From contig OX597827.1 in NCBI GenBank assembly GCA_951406725.2, forward strand, positions 83,576,001 through 83,640,000: a stretch of DNA of 64,000 bases, given 5' to 3'. The translations under genes and the position numbers were made by a program. This document shows, piece after piece, positions 27,435-41,217 of this stretch. Under the pieces are notes generated by a model. The model worked only from the letters and a program-made list of their open reading frames with translations. It searched no databases and was not told where the DNA came from. Position 1 is the stretch's first letter. Each line of letters opens with the position of its first letter. The DNA is from Octopus vulgaris. Lineage: Eukaryota.

Positions 27435-28349
27435 AGAAGAAGAAGAAGAAATGAAGAAGAAGAAGAAGAAGAAGAAGAAGAAGAAGAAGAAGAAGAAGAA
27501 GAAGAAGAAGAAGGAAATAAAGAAGAAGAAGATGAAAAAGAAGATGAAAAAGAAGAAGAAGAAGAAGAAGAAGAAGAAGAAGAAGAAGAAGAAGAAGAAG
27601 AAGAAGAAGAAGAAGAAGAAGAAGAAGAAGAAGATGAAGAAGATGAAGAAGAAGAAGAAGGAAATGAAGAAGAAGAAGAAGGAAATGAAGAAGAAGGAAA
27701 TGAAGAAGAAGAAGAAGAAGAGGGAAATGAAGAAGAAGAAGAAGAAGAAGAAGAAGAAGAAGGAAATAAAGAAGAAGATGAAAAAGAAGAAGAAGAAGAA
27801 GAAGAAGAAGAAGAAGAAGAAGAAGAAGAAGATGAAGAAGAAGAAGAAGAAGAAGAAGATGAAGGAAATGAAGAAGAAGAAGAAGAAGAAGAAGAAGAAG
27901 AAGAAGATGAAGAAGAAGAAGAAGAAGAAGATGAAGAAGAAGAAGAAGAAGAAGAAAAAGAAGAAGAAGAAGAAGATGAAGAAGAAGAAGAAGAAGATGA
28001 AGAAGAAGAAGAAGAAGATGAAGAAGAAGAAGATGAAGGAAATGAAGAAGAAGAAGAAGAAGAAGAAGAAGAAGAAGATGAAGAAGAAGAAGTTGAAGAA
28101 GAAGAAGAAGAAGAAGAAGATGAAGAAGAAGAAGATGAAGGAAATGAAGAAGAAGAAGAAGAAGAAGAAGAAGATGAAGAAGAAGAAGAAGAAGAAGATG
28201 AAGAAGAAGAAGATGAAGGAAATGAAGAAGAAGAAGAAGAAGAAGAAGAAGATGAAGAAGAAGAAGATGAAGAAGAAGAAGTTGAAGAAGAAGAAGAAGA
28301 AGAAGAAGAAGAAGAAGAAGAAGAAGAAGAAGAAGAAGAAGAAGAAGAA
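27435..28349. repeat. About 915-bp interrupted (GAA)n/(TTC)n tract
   Basis: GAA units with recurrent GAT and GGAAAT interruptions. Confidence 0.98.
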
Positions 28350-28660
28350 AATAAACATTCCTATTTCTCATTTTCTCCTCATTTAAAAAAAAACATCACA
28401 ATTTTTAATGTGTTCAGTCAGCAGAAATTTCTGAGCAAAATTATGTTATTTCCCTTCCATTAACAAAACAATTATTGAATGCCATTATTATAGATATATT
28501 TTGGTGGAATGCTATATTTCCTTAGAGATACCCTGGACTGTGTCACATATCCTGGGTGGAATCTTGTGATGCAGCACAGAGCTTTGATGACATCTCAAGA
28601 GTCTTTAATAGTTCATTAAAGACTGGTCCCTTTGTAATATGTTCTGTTATATTGTTTTAA

Positions 28661-28866
28661 CCCTTTTGTTACCAACCCGGCTGAAACCAGCTCTGGCCCT
28701 GAGTACAAAGTTTTGAATTAAAATCTTCCACCAAACCCTCGTCACAATTTACGTTCCTAACACCAGCTTAATGATAACTAAGTTATTTTACTAAATTCTT
28801 TCTTATATTTAAAATTAATTGAAAAAAAACACAGAGCATCTCAAAATAAATAGAGTAACGAAGGGG
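28661..28866 (+). mobile_element. TTAA-specific (piggyBac-like) MITE
   Basis: TTAA|CCCTTTTGTTAC...GTAACGAAGGGG|TTAA; inverted copy at 47561-47778. Confidence 0.85.
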
Positions 28867-29019
28867 TTAATGACACCAAGACAAATAACTATTCTGAGGT
28901 CATTTGATTTGCTACATGAATGTGAAGTCAGGTTAGAATTTTGTCCATTATTTCAAACTTCCTCAGCAACGATTGTTTATTTTAGAGTTCTTAGAGCCAG
29001 ACCTTCGTTAAAGACTCAC

Positions 29020-29074
29020 CAATACAAACAGTTCTCCTGGAATAAATCAATGACGGTCGTAAACAAGCACCAGC
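29020..29074 (-). other. Candidate 55-nt exon
   Basis: ttgtttgtttcag|GCTGG...TATTG|gtgagt. Confidence 0.5.
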
Positions 29075-29763
29075 CTGAAACAAACAATGGCAAATGTTAC
29101 TTGGCTTGGAAACTGATGAGGGACAAGGACGTCATTCAGCCATGGCAAATCTATCTCAGGAATTTCTGTCTAACCTATGCAATCATGGGAAAGTTAGTAT
29201 GAAGTCGATGTTACTGCTGTTCATGATGATGATGATATATATATCCACACATATACATCAACCTGTTCATCATCCTTTAACATGCATGTCTCATGCTAGT
29301 GTAGGAGGTTGGATGGTTTGACAGGATCCAGTGGGTCCAAGAATTGTATTCAGTTCCAGTGTCTGCTTTGGCATGGTTTCCATATGGTTGGATGTTTTTC
29401 CTAACATCAGCTACTTTACAGTATGTACTGGGTGCTTTTTTCCATTGCCCCCTAGTACTAATGAGATTGCCCTGCAGTTTGCAACACTACAAACCCTGAT
29501 AGGGTAGCTTCATGCTAGTGGATGAGGGGTAAAAGTATAAGGGGCCAAAGCAGAACCTGTTTCTTGCTGTGGAGAACCTATGTGACTACTGAGATTTTAG
29601 AAGAGAGGATAGGAGTGATTGAGTGGAACAGCAAGGGGATTAGGTGTCAGGTGAGAGAATCAAAGTATGAGGAGGGGTGGGTAGGACTGAATGCAGCAGA
29701 AGGGCTAGGGGTCGGGGAGTGGGAGATGTCTGATTATGCAAAGCAGCACAATAGAAATGATGA

Positions 29764-29819
<56 letters not shown>

Positions 29820-29825
<6 letters not shown>

Positions 29826-30177
29826 ATGCAAGATACTGGAGGGGCTGGCACCAAACTTTTGGAATCGAGAGTTATACCAGACCTCAGAATGGACGTCACT
29901 GCACTGTTCCAAAAGTCTCACTTATCTCATCTAGGGTGAGGGCCATGTACTGCAATAGCTTGGGATTCAAGGGCCCACAGCTATTTAACTCCTTGCTGAA
30001 ACAGCTGAGGGTTCTCCATGGAGTGGGAGTAGATGTTTACAGGAAACAACTTGACCTCTTGCTATCCAAGATCCCAGATGAGCCAATATCAGGGGCAGGA
30101 AACTCAAAAGAGAACAGCAGTATCACATTCCCTCCTTCACCAACGTCAACCCCAGAGAATTGGCCAATTAAAAGGTG
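29820..30177 (+). mobile_element. CR1/L2-group LINE 3' end fragment
   Basis: NSLGFKGPQLFNSL..LDLLLSKIPDEP, homologous to 9723-10040. Confidence 0.8.
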
Positions 30178-30247
30178 ATTACTTTGGCAATGCCCCAGGA
30201 TGGCTGCAGCCTCAAGACTGAAACATATAAAAGAATAAAAGTATATG

Positions 30248-30299
<52 letters not shown>

Positions 30300-30383
30300 T
30301 GTATATATACAGACACACACAATACATGTATTCTGTTATATTTTTAATTTGTTTGTCATTTGATTGCAGCCAAGTTGAAGCAC

Positions 30384-30426
<43 letters not shown>

Positions 30427-30879
30427 CACAATGCATGTATTTATATATATATATATATATGTATATATTAAAAAATACAAAATGGGACAAGAATGCAAAA
30501 CATCCAGATAGATGATACAAAAAAACAAGGACAGGTCATTCGAAGTCTTTAATCTTCAGTCAAGAACCGAATCATCCTCGCGATATCGGCGATTAATCTT
30601 GAGATTGCTCCAATCTGGCCAGCCCCCAGGAAAAACTAAGCTAAGAGCATTAGATTCCTTGGAAAAAGGATCGAATGTATACGGAAAAACGGACAATGTT
30701 ACATGAATATAAATACAAAAATAATACAAAAAACAATAATAATAATAATAACAGGACATAACAACAGGCGTCTTTCGACTGGAGATGAATTGAATTCAGC
30801 TGGTGTGTTGGGAATTAAGCCTTACAGCAGAGGAAAAAGTCGATGTGATATATATATACATATATCAGGAGTGGCTTTT

Positions 30880-31455
30880 AGGTGCAGGATTGGCTATGTG
30901 GTAAGTAGACTGTTTACCAACCACATGGTTCCGGGTTCAGTCCCACTGCTTGGCACCTTGGGCAAGTGTCTTCTACTATAGCCTCAGGCCAACCAAAGCC
31001 TTGTGAGTGTATTTGGTAGATGAAAACTGAAAGAAGTCCATCGTATGATCATTGCCAGTGCCACCGGACTGGCTCCTGTGCCGGAGGCACATAAAAAGCA
31101 CCATTTGAGCATGGTCAATGCCAATACCGCCTGACTGGCCCTAGTAATGGTGTCATGTACGTTAGGAAGGGCATTGAGCTGTAGAAACTTTGCCAGATCA
31201 GACTGAGCCTGGTGCAGCCTTCTGGCTTGCCAGCCCTCAGTCAAACTGTCCAACCCATGCCAGCATGGGAAGCAGACGTTAAACGTTGATGATGATGATG
31301 ATGATAATAAATATATATATATGTATATATATTTATATGTTTATGTGTCTGTGTTTGTCCCCCACCCACTATATGACCCACTACTTGGGGTCCATTTGTC
31401 TGACTAAAGGCAGTGCTCCAGCATGGCTGCAGTCAAATGACTGAAACAAATATAA
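30880..31455 (+). mobile_element. tRNA-headed SINE interrupted by an RTE 3' UTR copy (31045-31305)
   Basis: Head ccacatggttccgggttcagtccc; nested (GAT)n-tailed copy; SINE tail resumes at about 31340. Confidence 0.8.
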
Positions 31456-31557
31456 GAATATATATATATATATATATGTATGTGTGTATGTATATATGCA
31501 GTGAATATGTGTATCAGTTATTTATCAATAGATTCTTACTGCTTCTACCAATCTCAA

Positions 31558-31594
<37 letters not shown>

Positions 31595-32061
31595 ACTCCC
31601 AACTATCTCTCTTTCTCTACTCCTCCGCCACCACCTCCCTGACCTCTCAAACTTTTCCAATAATAACCCACACCCAATTCTCTCCCTTCTTGCCACTCTC
31701 AGATGTAGCTTACCCCTCCACCTCTGCCCACCCCCCAACATCAACCTCAATTTCAAGAAAAATGTCATAGCTAATACCAGCATCTCACAGACAGCAGGTG
31801 TGAAACTGCACACACTCACACACATATACAAACCTACACAGGTACACTCACAGACCAGACACATACATACACTCTACATAAACAACTGGTGCAAAATATC
31901 CTATTAGTGAGTCAGTGTGTATACGTGTGTGCATTATATATATATATACACACACACACATGTGCGTATGTGTGTGTATGCATATGAGTTACAATATAGT
32001 GACTGTGATAAGTATATAGCAGTATATATACAGTTTCGTAATGATGTATATATATATATAT

Positions 32062-32938
32062 ATGACGCTTTAAATACAAATAATTACAGAGGTATCAAGT
32101 GGTTGGATCAGGTAATGAAAGTCATGGAAAGGGCCATAGCCCAACTAATTAGGGAGAGAGTCAATCTAGATGAGATGCAGTTTGGGTTCGTGCCAGGGAA
32201 AAGCACCACTGATGCTATATTTCTGGTACAGCAACAGCAGGAGAAATACGTAGCCAAAGATAAACCTCTGTACCTGGCTTTCATTGACATTGAGAAAGAC
32301 TTCGACAGGGTCCCCCAATCCCTTATCTGGTGGTCAATGAGGAAATTAGGGATAGATGAATCGTTAGTGAGAGCTGTGCAAGCCATGTACAGGGATACTG
32401 TCAGTAAGGTGAGGGTTGGCAATGAGTATAGTGAAGAATTCTGGGTAGAGGTAGGGGTCCACCAAGGTTCAATCCTCAGCCCCCTCCTATTTATCATAGC
32501 CCTCCAGGCAATAACGGAGGAATTCAAGACAGGATGCCCCTGGGAGCTCCTCTATGCTGACGACCTTGTTCTAATTGCTGAGTCATTATCAAAACTAGAG
32601 AAGTTTCAGGTGTGGAAGCAAGGATTAGAATCGAAGGGCCTTAGAGTCAACTTAGCTAAAACAAAAGACCGACAAACCACAAATCCCTTCAGGTAGATGG
32701 CCCTGCTCAATCTGTAGAAAAAGCATAGGTAGAAACTCTATAAGATGTACTCAGAGTAAGCTATGGACTCATAAGAGGTGCAGCAATGTCAAGGGAAGGC
32801 TAACTGGGAATCTAGTTTTCGTATGTGGCAGATGCTCTGGTGCAATAAACACTGAAAATGTGCAGAGAACAACTCTTGCCACATTCCATGGAGAAAAACT
32901 AGAAGTAGTTGATAGCTTCCGTTACCTAGGTTACCAAG
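32062..32938 (+). mobile_element. RTE-clade RT fragment
   Basis: ORF 31917-32696 includes QFGFVPG, FDRVP, GVHQGS and YADD. Confidence 0.93.
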
Positions 32939-33350
32939 TATATATATGAATTTATATATAAATATATATATCACCCCTACACACTCAATAATACTATAAA
33001 AAGAGACGAATCCCCTTAAAAAAAAATTCAAATCTGAAGATTCTACTAGAGTAGATGCAAGCGCTAATATATGATTTATAAAAACATGTGACATATTAAT
33101 AAAATCTGTAAATGTAAAACCATCCAGATTTCTGAGTACCTCATTTCTTCTAATATTTAATACCTGTACATCACCTCCAAATCTTCTAATATATAAAAAT
33201 ATATATATGAATTTATATATAAATATATAATACACACACACACACACATATATATATACATATATACATATATATATATATATTCATATATGAATATATA
33301 TATATGAATATATATATATAAATATATGTATATATATATATAAATATATG

Positions 33351-33425
<75 letters not shown>

Positions 33426-33462
33426 AATATATATGAATATATATAAATATTATGAATATATA

Positions 33463-33508
<46 letters not shown>

Positions 33509-33611
33509 AATATATATGAATATATATATATAAATATATATATATTTATATATAAATATATATATATAAATATATGTGAATATATATATATAAATTTATT
33601 ATAAATATATA

Positions 33612-33650
<39 letters not shown>

Positions 33651-33652
<2 letters not shown>

Positions 33653-35744
33653 TCATCATCATCATCATCATCATTTAACGTCCGCTTTCCATGCTAGCAT
33701 GGGTTGGACGGTTCAACTGGGGTCTGGGGAGCCCGAAAGCTGCACCAGTCCAGTCAGATCTGGCAGTGTTTCTACAGCTGGATGCCCTTCCTAACACCAA
33801 CCACTCCGAGAGTGTAGTGGGTGATTTTATGTGCCACCGACACAGGTGCCAGACGAGGCTGGCAAACGGCCACGCTCGGATGGTGTTTTTTATGTGCCAC
33901 CGACACAGGTGCCAGACGAGGCTGGCAGACGGCCACGCTCGGATGGTGTTTTTATGTGCCACCGACACAGGTGCCAGATGAGGCTGGCAAACGGCCACGA
34001 TCGGATGGTGTTTGTTACGTGCCCACAGCACGGAGGCCAGTCGATGCGGTACTGGCTACGGCCACGTTCGGATGGTTTTCTTGTGTGCCACGTGCCACCG
34101 GCACTGGTACCACAAAGATACAAATTCCATTGATGTTCATCTATTTTGATTTGTTTTGATTTTCACTTGCCTCAACAGGTCTTCACAAGTGTCACAAGAA
34201 GGAAGGTATGCACAGGTGGACTGACTACGTCCCAGGTAGGGGCCACAGGTTATGGCCTGACTAGTCTTGCCGGGTCTTCGGATGGTGTTTTTATGTGCCA
34301 CCGACACAGGTGCCAGATGAGGCTGGCGAACGGCCACGATCGGATGGTGTTTGTTACGTGCCCACAGCACGGAGGCCAGTCGGTGCGGTACTGGCTACGG
34401 CCACGTTCGGATGGTTTTCTTGTGTGCCACCGGCACTGGTACCACAAAGATACAATTCCATTAATGTTCATCTATTTTGATTTGTTTTGATTTGATTTGA
34501 TTTGATTTGTTTTGATTTCATTTTGATTTTCACTTGCCTCAACAGGCCTTCACAAGTATCACAAGGAGGAAGGTATGCACAGGTGGACTGACTACGTCCC
34601 AGGTAGGGGCCATGGGATAAGGCCTAACTAGTCTTGCCGGGTCTTCGGATGGTGTTTTTATGTGCCACCGACACAGGTGCTAGATGAGGCTGGCGAACGG
34701 CCACGATTGGATGGTGTTTGTTATGTGCCCACAGCACGATGGCCAGTCGATGCGGTACTGACTACGGCCACGTTCGGATGGATTTCTTGTGTGCCACAGG
34801 CACTGGTACCACAAAGATACAAATTCCATTGATGTTCATCTATTTTGATTTGATTTGATTTTCACTTGCCTCAACAGGTCTTCACAAGTGTCACAAGAAG
34901 GAAGGTATGCACAGGTGGACTGACTACGTCCCAGGTAGGGGCCATGGGTTATGGCCTGACTAGTCTTGCCGGGTCTTCGGAAGGTGTTTTTATGTGCCAC
35001 CGACACAGGTGCCAGATGAGGCTGGCGAACGGCCATGATCGGATGGTGTTTGTTACGTGCCCACAGCACGGAGGCCGGTCGATGCGGAACTGGCTACGGC
35101 CACGTTCGGATGGTTCTCTTGTGTGCCACCGGCATTGGTACCACAAAGATACAGATTCCATTGATGTTCATCTATTTTGATTTGTTTTGATTTGATTTTG
35201 ATTTTCACTTGCCTCAACAGGTCTTCACAAGTGTCACAAGAAGGAAGGTATGCACAGGTGGACTGACTACGTCCCAGGTAGGGGCCATGGGTTATGGCCT
35301 GACTAGTCTTGCCGGGTCTTCGGATGGTGTTTTTATGTGCCACCGACACAGGTTCTAGATGAGGCTGGCGAACGGCCACGATCGGATGGTGTTTGTTATG
35401 TGCCCACAGCACGATGGCCAGTGATGCGGTACTGACTACGGCCACGTTCGGATGGATTCTTGTGTGCCACCGGCACTGGTACCACAAAGATACAAATTCC
35501 ATTGATGTTTATCTATTTTGATTTGTTTTGATTTTTGATTTTCACTTGCCTCAACAGGTCTTCACAAGTGTCACAAGAAGGAAGGTATGTACAGGTGGAC
35601 TGACTACGTCCCAGGTAGGGGCCACGGGTTATGACCTGACTAGTCTTGCTGGGTCTTCGGATGGTGTTTTTATGTGCCACCATGTTCCCACAGCACGGAG
35701 GCCAGTCGATGCGGTACTGGCTACGGCCACGTTCGGATGGTTTT

Positions 35745-35745
<1 letters not shown>
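33651..35745 (-). repeat. Tandem array of RTE 3' UTR segments (about five units of 330-370 bp plus 62-bp subrepeats)
   Basis: ttttcacttgcctcaacagg recurs at about 34160, 34528, 34860, 35202 and 35540; single (CAT)n tail at 33651. Confidence 0.92.
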
Positions 35746-35838
<93 letters not shown>

Positions 35839-36112
35839 GAGATAAAACCACTATTAGGCAAATCAAACAGTGAAAACCATAAACCAAAACATAGAAATAA
35901 AATTAATTAATATAAAATATAAAATTCAAAATTTAAATTATTTAAATTTAAAGTTAAAATTAAAAAATTTTTAATTATTAATTTATACTTATAAATTTAT
36001 TTATATATATATATATATATATTATTATTTTTATTATTATTATTATTTTTATTCTTTTATTTTTTGCATTTGGTTTGCAAGATTCTTTATGTGAATTTGT
36101 GTGTTGAAACAA

Positions 36113-36412
36113 ACTTTGTTGTCTGGGGAGAGTCAAACTGCTTTAATATCCAACACACACACTGGGTCAGTTTTATCTCATTATATTTTTTTCTTTTCCA
36201 AAAGTTTCATTGCTTTGCAGCCTTGTCAATGGAGGTTTACTCTGTCCGTGATAGAAGCTGAGTTCCATTTATGGACAGCATCATCATCCATTGTCAAGGT
36301 TGCAAAAGCAATGAAATCTTTGGAAAAGAAAAACAAAATAAGTGAGAAGAAATTGAACCAGTGAGTGTGTGTTGGATATTAAGGCAGTATGACCTCCCCA
36401 GACACAACAAAA
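36113..36412. repeat. About 300-bp imperfect palindrome (foldback element)
   Basis: gtctggggag..aatatccaacacacac..ttttccaaa..tttcattgcttt..ccttgtcaatgga mirrored on the right arm; centre near 36260. Confidence 0.85.
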
Positions 36413-36420
36413 GATTATAT

Positions 36421-36484
<64 letters not shown>

Positions 36485-37088
36485 TTACGTACGTATATGT
36501 GTGTATATATGTTAAATGTAATTGTGTGTGTTTTCAGTTGTTGATATATCAACAAAACCTCTCAACAGGGGCCAAGAAACTGGTCCCCTTTCAATGATGC
36601 CCATTGCTTGCTACTGCAGCCCTCATAAAAGCAGTGACTGGCCATTGGTCACCAATGACCAAATTGGGTGACGAGAAATGTTATGTAAACTGTATTTAAG
36701 TGGCACAAGTACACCACCACCACCACCACCACCACTACCACCACCTGCTGAATGTGATGATGATAGTGTGTGTGTGTGTGAAGCCAGTGAACGTGAATTT
36801 AATTCATATGAGAGAGAATTGCTGAGTTATGCTGGAAAAATAAAGCTGGGTGTGTATAAAATAGTGAAGTTTATATATGTCAGACCCTGGGGGTGGAGCT
36901 AGGTGGGGGAATGGGGTGTGTGAGAGAGAGCGAGAGAGAGAGGAGTGGGGGAATCATTACTGTCAGACATACAGTCAGCCTAGAGAGAGACTTTTCAAGG
37001 ATGTGGGAACATGACTTATGCAGCAGACAGAATCAGAAACTGGTCCAGAGGGTGGTCAGGGACTGGGGTGGGGCTATCCTTGTCTCCG

Positions 37089-37119
<31 letters not shown>

Positions 37120-39279
37120 GTCACTCATCCTGGAGAAATTGTGTGTGCCCCCCCCCCCCACGTCTTAAATGCTTAGAAAGGTTTTTGATTATTACTGGCC
37201 CTGGGCATGTCTAACTTAATAACAGCAGCTGGCATAGTTTTTAAAGACATATTTTTGGACATTGTTGCCAACTCAAGGGAGAGCTTGTTGTTTACTGAGA
37301 TGCGCCTTGGTGGCAGGGATTTGTCTGAGAGTTTCTTGGCTGAATTCTTCCTGGTACTGCTTCGATGTTTTGGGGTCTTTGTTTAATTTCTTTCAGAATT
37401 TTGTTCAATTTATGGCAGAGCCAGTTGAGATGAAAGATTTGTATTGCAATGCTGTTATGCGATGTGAGTTCAGTTTTGGTGGAGAATGTATGGCATAGGG
37501 GTGGGGGTGGGCTTTGAATGACTTGTAAACTTGATATTGGCTTCGCTTGGACCATTTTCCACCTTACATAAATAATATAGCACTCATGGTAACATTGGAA
37601 TGAATACGGTTTGAGCTTTTAGGGGCAATCCCAACAGTCAAGCCATTTGTTTACTTATTTTTTTGTGATTCATCTCTGGGTTGCTTTGATTCGCATAATG
37701 CTTTTGGTACAAAAACCTAGTGGGCCGCAACATTGAAAGCGAGACCTGGTAAATGTAGAGAAGAGAAGAATTGTTATCATGATTTCTGAACCAGAAAATT
37801 TTAAGGACCCATTACCCCCAAGTTTCTGATGTTATTTGGCTTTATGACAAGTTCCCCAAATGAAAGCCAATATGTCTATTTAAGTCTATTCCCTTTTCTA
37901 AATTGGATCAACTGAAATTTTTCCTCCTTTAACACCAAGTTCTCACTGCTTCAGTCTACTAAACATTTCAAAATCTTCACAGTCCCTCAAAATAAAGTGA
38001 TGGCAAAAATGACATGTTCACACAAAGTGGATTTTGCGTATAATTTTAGAACTGATAAAATCATCAACATCAAATTTAAAATTACCCAACAAGTCCAGGT
38101 CAGAAGTCATATTTTCTGCACATGTTTAAGTTGTATTTTGTTAAGCTACCATAGTTATTCTCTTCTCATTTTTTTGTGGAATTCCAGATAAAATTGTTCT
38201 TCTCTCTAACAGTGATTTTCTATCCAATTTCATTTTGTGGGAGTGACCCATGTTGCAAACACATTTGTTAGCTGATAAAATAGTGGTGTATTTTTGTGTC
38301 CAACATAACAGTTTGAGTCATGGAGTTTACAGCTTTCATGTTTACATTGAAATTACTAAATTGCATTGGTTGTTTGAAGTATATTCAGGTATGAAGTGGT
38401 GAAGGTTGATCTCAGGTTGTTGCGTCTTAGAAAGAAGATGAGGAAAGACTGAGCACACTGGCCATACGGAGAACTGGGGAAGAATACGAAGAACTCGGTG
38501 GTCAGTGGTGCTGGAAAAGATCTGGCTACCCATGCCTGCTTGGTGAGATATACATTTAAAATGATGGGATGGTGGCTGGGATATGTATTAAACTGAGGCT
38601 TTCAACCATTTCTGTCTGCAATAAAATCCTCCTCTGCCCTTTTTACCATGCCACTAGTGAAATGAGAAAAAACATTAGATCTGTCCCTACTCAGAAACAC
38701 TGCTCTCTATCACCAGCCCCGTCTTGCCTGACTCCTTTTCATTTCTGAATCCTGATGATTGAGTAATGAGGGATTGCAGCACATCTTTTGGTACTTGGTA
38801 CACCCATCCTTCAACTCCTATGTATCGTCATCAACACACTGGACCCCCAACCCCAGTCATTAATCTATCACTAATGTTACCCTTCTATGTCTCTCTCCTC
38901 CTCTACCTCAGCCCACTTTTCAATGCCATCCATAACAATTCTCTCTTATTACTGTCCGTCTCTCTCTCATACAGACATTAGCAGGAAGGGCGTCAACTTA
39001 GCATCTCTCTTCCATCTTGATGCCTAAGTAATAGCAGGTTGTATTGGCTCTGATGGTATCCCAGATACCTTACCACAATCCTCTGGACGTCATTAACCAG
39101 TAAACATATAACTGCCGTTTGCACCCCACCTGACTCTGTGCCACCAGCTGCTAAGCTCCTTCACTCACGCTACCCTTTTCTTCACACCCATCACTCATTT
39201 AACATCACCCTCTCACTACACATCACTCACACTCTCACTCGCTACACTGCCAGTCTCTCTCCCCACCCTCCTACCACTG

Positions 39280-39485
39280 GCAGAACCATTAGCATGCCAG
39301 GCAAAACGCTTAGTGGCATTTCGTCTGACTATATGTTCTGAGTTCAAATGCTACCGAGGTTGACTTTGCTTTTTGTCCTTTCAGGGTCGATGAAATAGAT
39401 ACCAGTTGAGCACTGAGGTTGATGTAGTTGACTGGCCCTCTCCCTACAAATTTCAGGCCTTGTGCCGATAACACGAAGGGTTATT
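39280..39485 (+). mobile_element. SINE with a conserved central domain
   Basis: gagttcaaat B-box-like, then gactttgcttttgtcctttcagggtcgatgaaatagatacca; superfamily not assigned. Confidence 0.65.
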
Positions 39486-41168
39486 AATATCAATGAGATC
39501 TATGGTTTTGTTAACAAAACAGCAGTAAGAATTCCTCTATACTCTGAGTTGTCTCACCTCCATCATCGACCCCTTTACAGAATGAACAGGGTGAGGGTGG
39601 GCTGAGCATGGACCCCACCGTCATTGTGGATGTTGCCTTGTAGTGTTGCCAGTGTAAAGAGGTACTCATCACTGTACATTGTCTGTGTAGAGGTTGGAGA
39701 ATATGAGGGGATAGGGCAGAGGATGGCAGTAGTAGAGAGTGGGAGGAGAGAGAGAAATTAGTATGGTGGGGGTGGAGGTGGAAGGGTGAGAAATGGGAGG
39801 TACATTAGTAATAATAGCAGAGGATTGTGGGGACAGAGAGTGGGGCTAGTGAGATGTGCAAAGTTAATAATCATGTATGACAAAGTGCAAATGTATTGAG
39901 AGAAAAGGCATAAGAGGAATCAGATGTGGTGCGTAAGAGAGAATACATGTGATGTGGATGGATGAGGAGAAAGAAGTACTGATTGCTTAAAATGGATGGA
40001 ACTTTTGAAAGAGGCAGACCAACCCAGTTAAACATGGGATGATCTCAAAATGCTGAGCCTTACAAAAGAGAGGACAAAGGACCAAGATGATTGGCATTTC
40101 GCTGTGGTCGAAAAACTTGTCCATTACAGCAAAAAAAAAAAACGATATCCTAAAACCCCTTCGTTATACTTGTATGTAGATGCAAGACCCTGTCCCCATC
40201 ATTTTCATTCCTCACCCATTTATGGTCCTCTAATTTTCTGCACTAACCAGAGGGCAGAATCGGTACAGATTACATCCCATCCTAGCAGTCTACCACATTC
40301 CTCATCCTCCCTGCCATCTCTATTTCAACCAATCAGTCCACCCAACCCTGACCCCCACTCCTGAGCCTTCAGCTACTGCTCTCTTCTCAAATCTAGATTC
40401 TTATCTGCTATCATTCTTAATACCCTTCCATATCACATGAAAGCCCCTGGTCTCTCTCTCTCTCTCTCCACTGCTCCTATACCTTGCACATACTTTCTCT
40501 TCTACTCTCCTTCCTGAGCCCCTCTTGTATCTCCCACCTTCCTCCTCTCCATACACATATTTCCCACCATCTACACCCCCACCCTTGCTCATTCCCACAT
40601 TCACCTCTAACTACTTCCAAGCAATAATAAATCTCTGAGCGAGATATAAACAGTAGCAGCAGACATTGTGAAGTATATTTGCCACCTAAATGCGGCTGAC
40701 CCTTAAGGGTCAATGCTATTGTAGCTTTTAGCCCCAGGAAGATATCTCCTCCAGCTTGCTATATATCCATCCTTTTAATTTGTTTAGGGTAAATGCCTCT
40801 GAATGCACTTTTAAAAGCCCTCACGCCTCCTGTCATCAGCTATTGCTTGTTATTCCCATCTTCCAGATTAATCCTATGCGATGGTTATATATGCGCAACT
40901 CTTTACAGCTTAGGATAAATATAGTAATAACGAAAATGACTTTTAAATGTGAACATCAGTCCAGCAAAAAAAGAAAACCATTCCTGTCAAATGCCTGATG
41001 AAGCATACACATTGAATAGAGGCAAGCTCAAGATTCTTAGATATTATATTTAATAATCTCCTATGGATGTGAAAATATCCTCACAAATGAATAAGTGGGA
41101 TAAAGAAACATATGTCGCAATACATTAATAAAGTCTAGAAATTTCCATCCACAAGTAATTTTTGTTGT

Positions 41169-41217
<49 letters not shown>

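Noticed and set aside
27207-28386. Long poly-K, poly-F and poly-L ORFs
   Set aside because: Translations of the GAA tract, which lacks stop codons; no evidence of coding
31917-32696. Functional reverse transcriptase gene (also 57232-57903)
   Set aside because: Truncated and frameshifted, and the 31917 ORF begins in microsatellite; no intact EN-RT ORF exists in the window
32971-33188. Mitochondrial insertion (NUMT)
   Set aside because: AT-rich, but the translation resembles no mitochondrial protein or RNA I recognise
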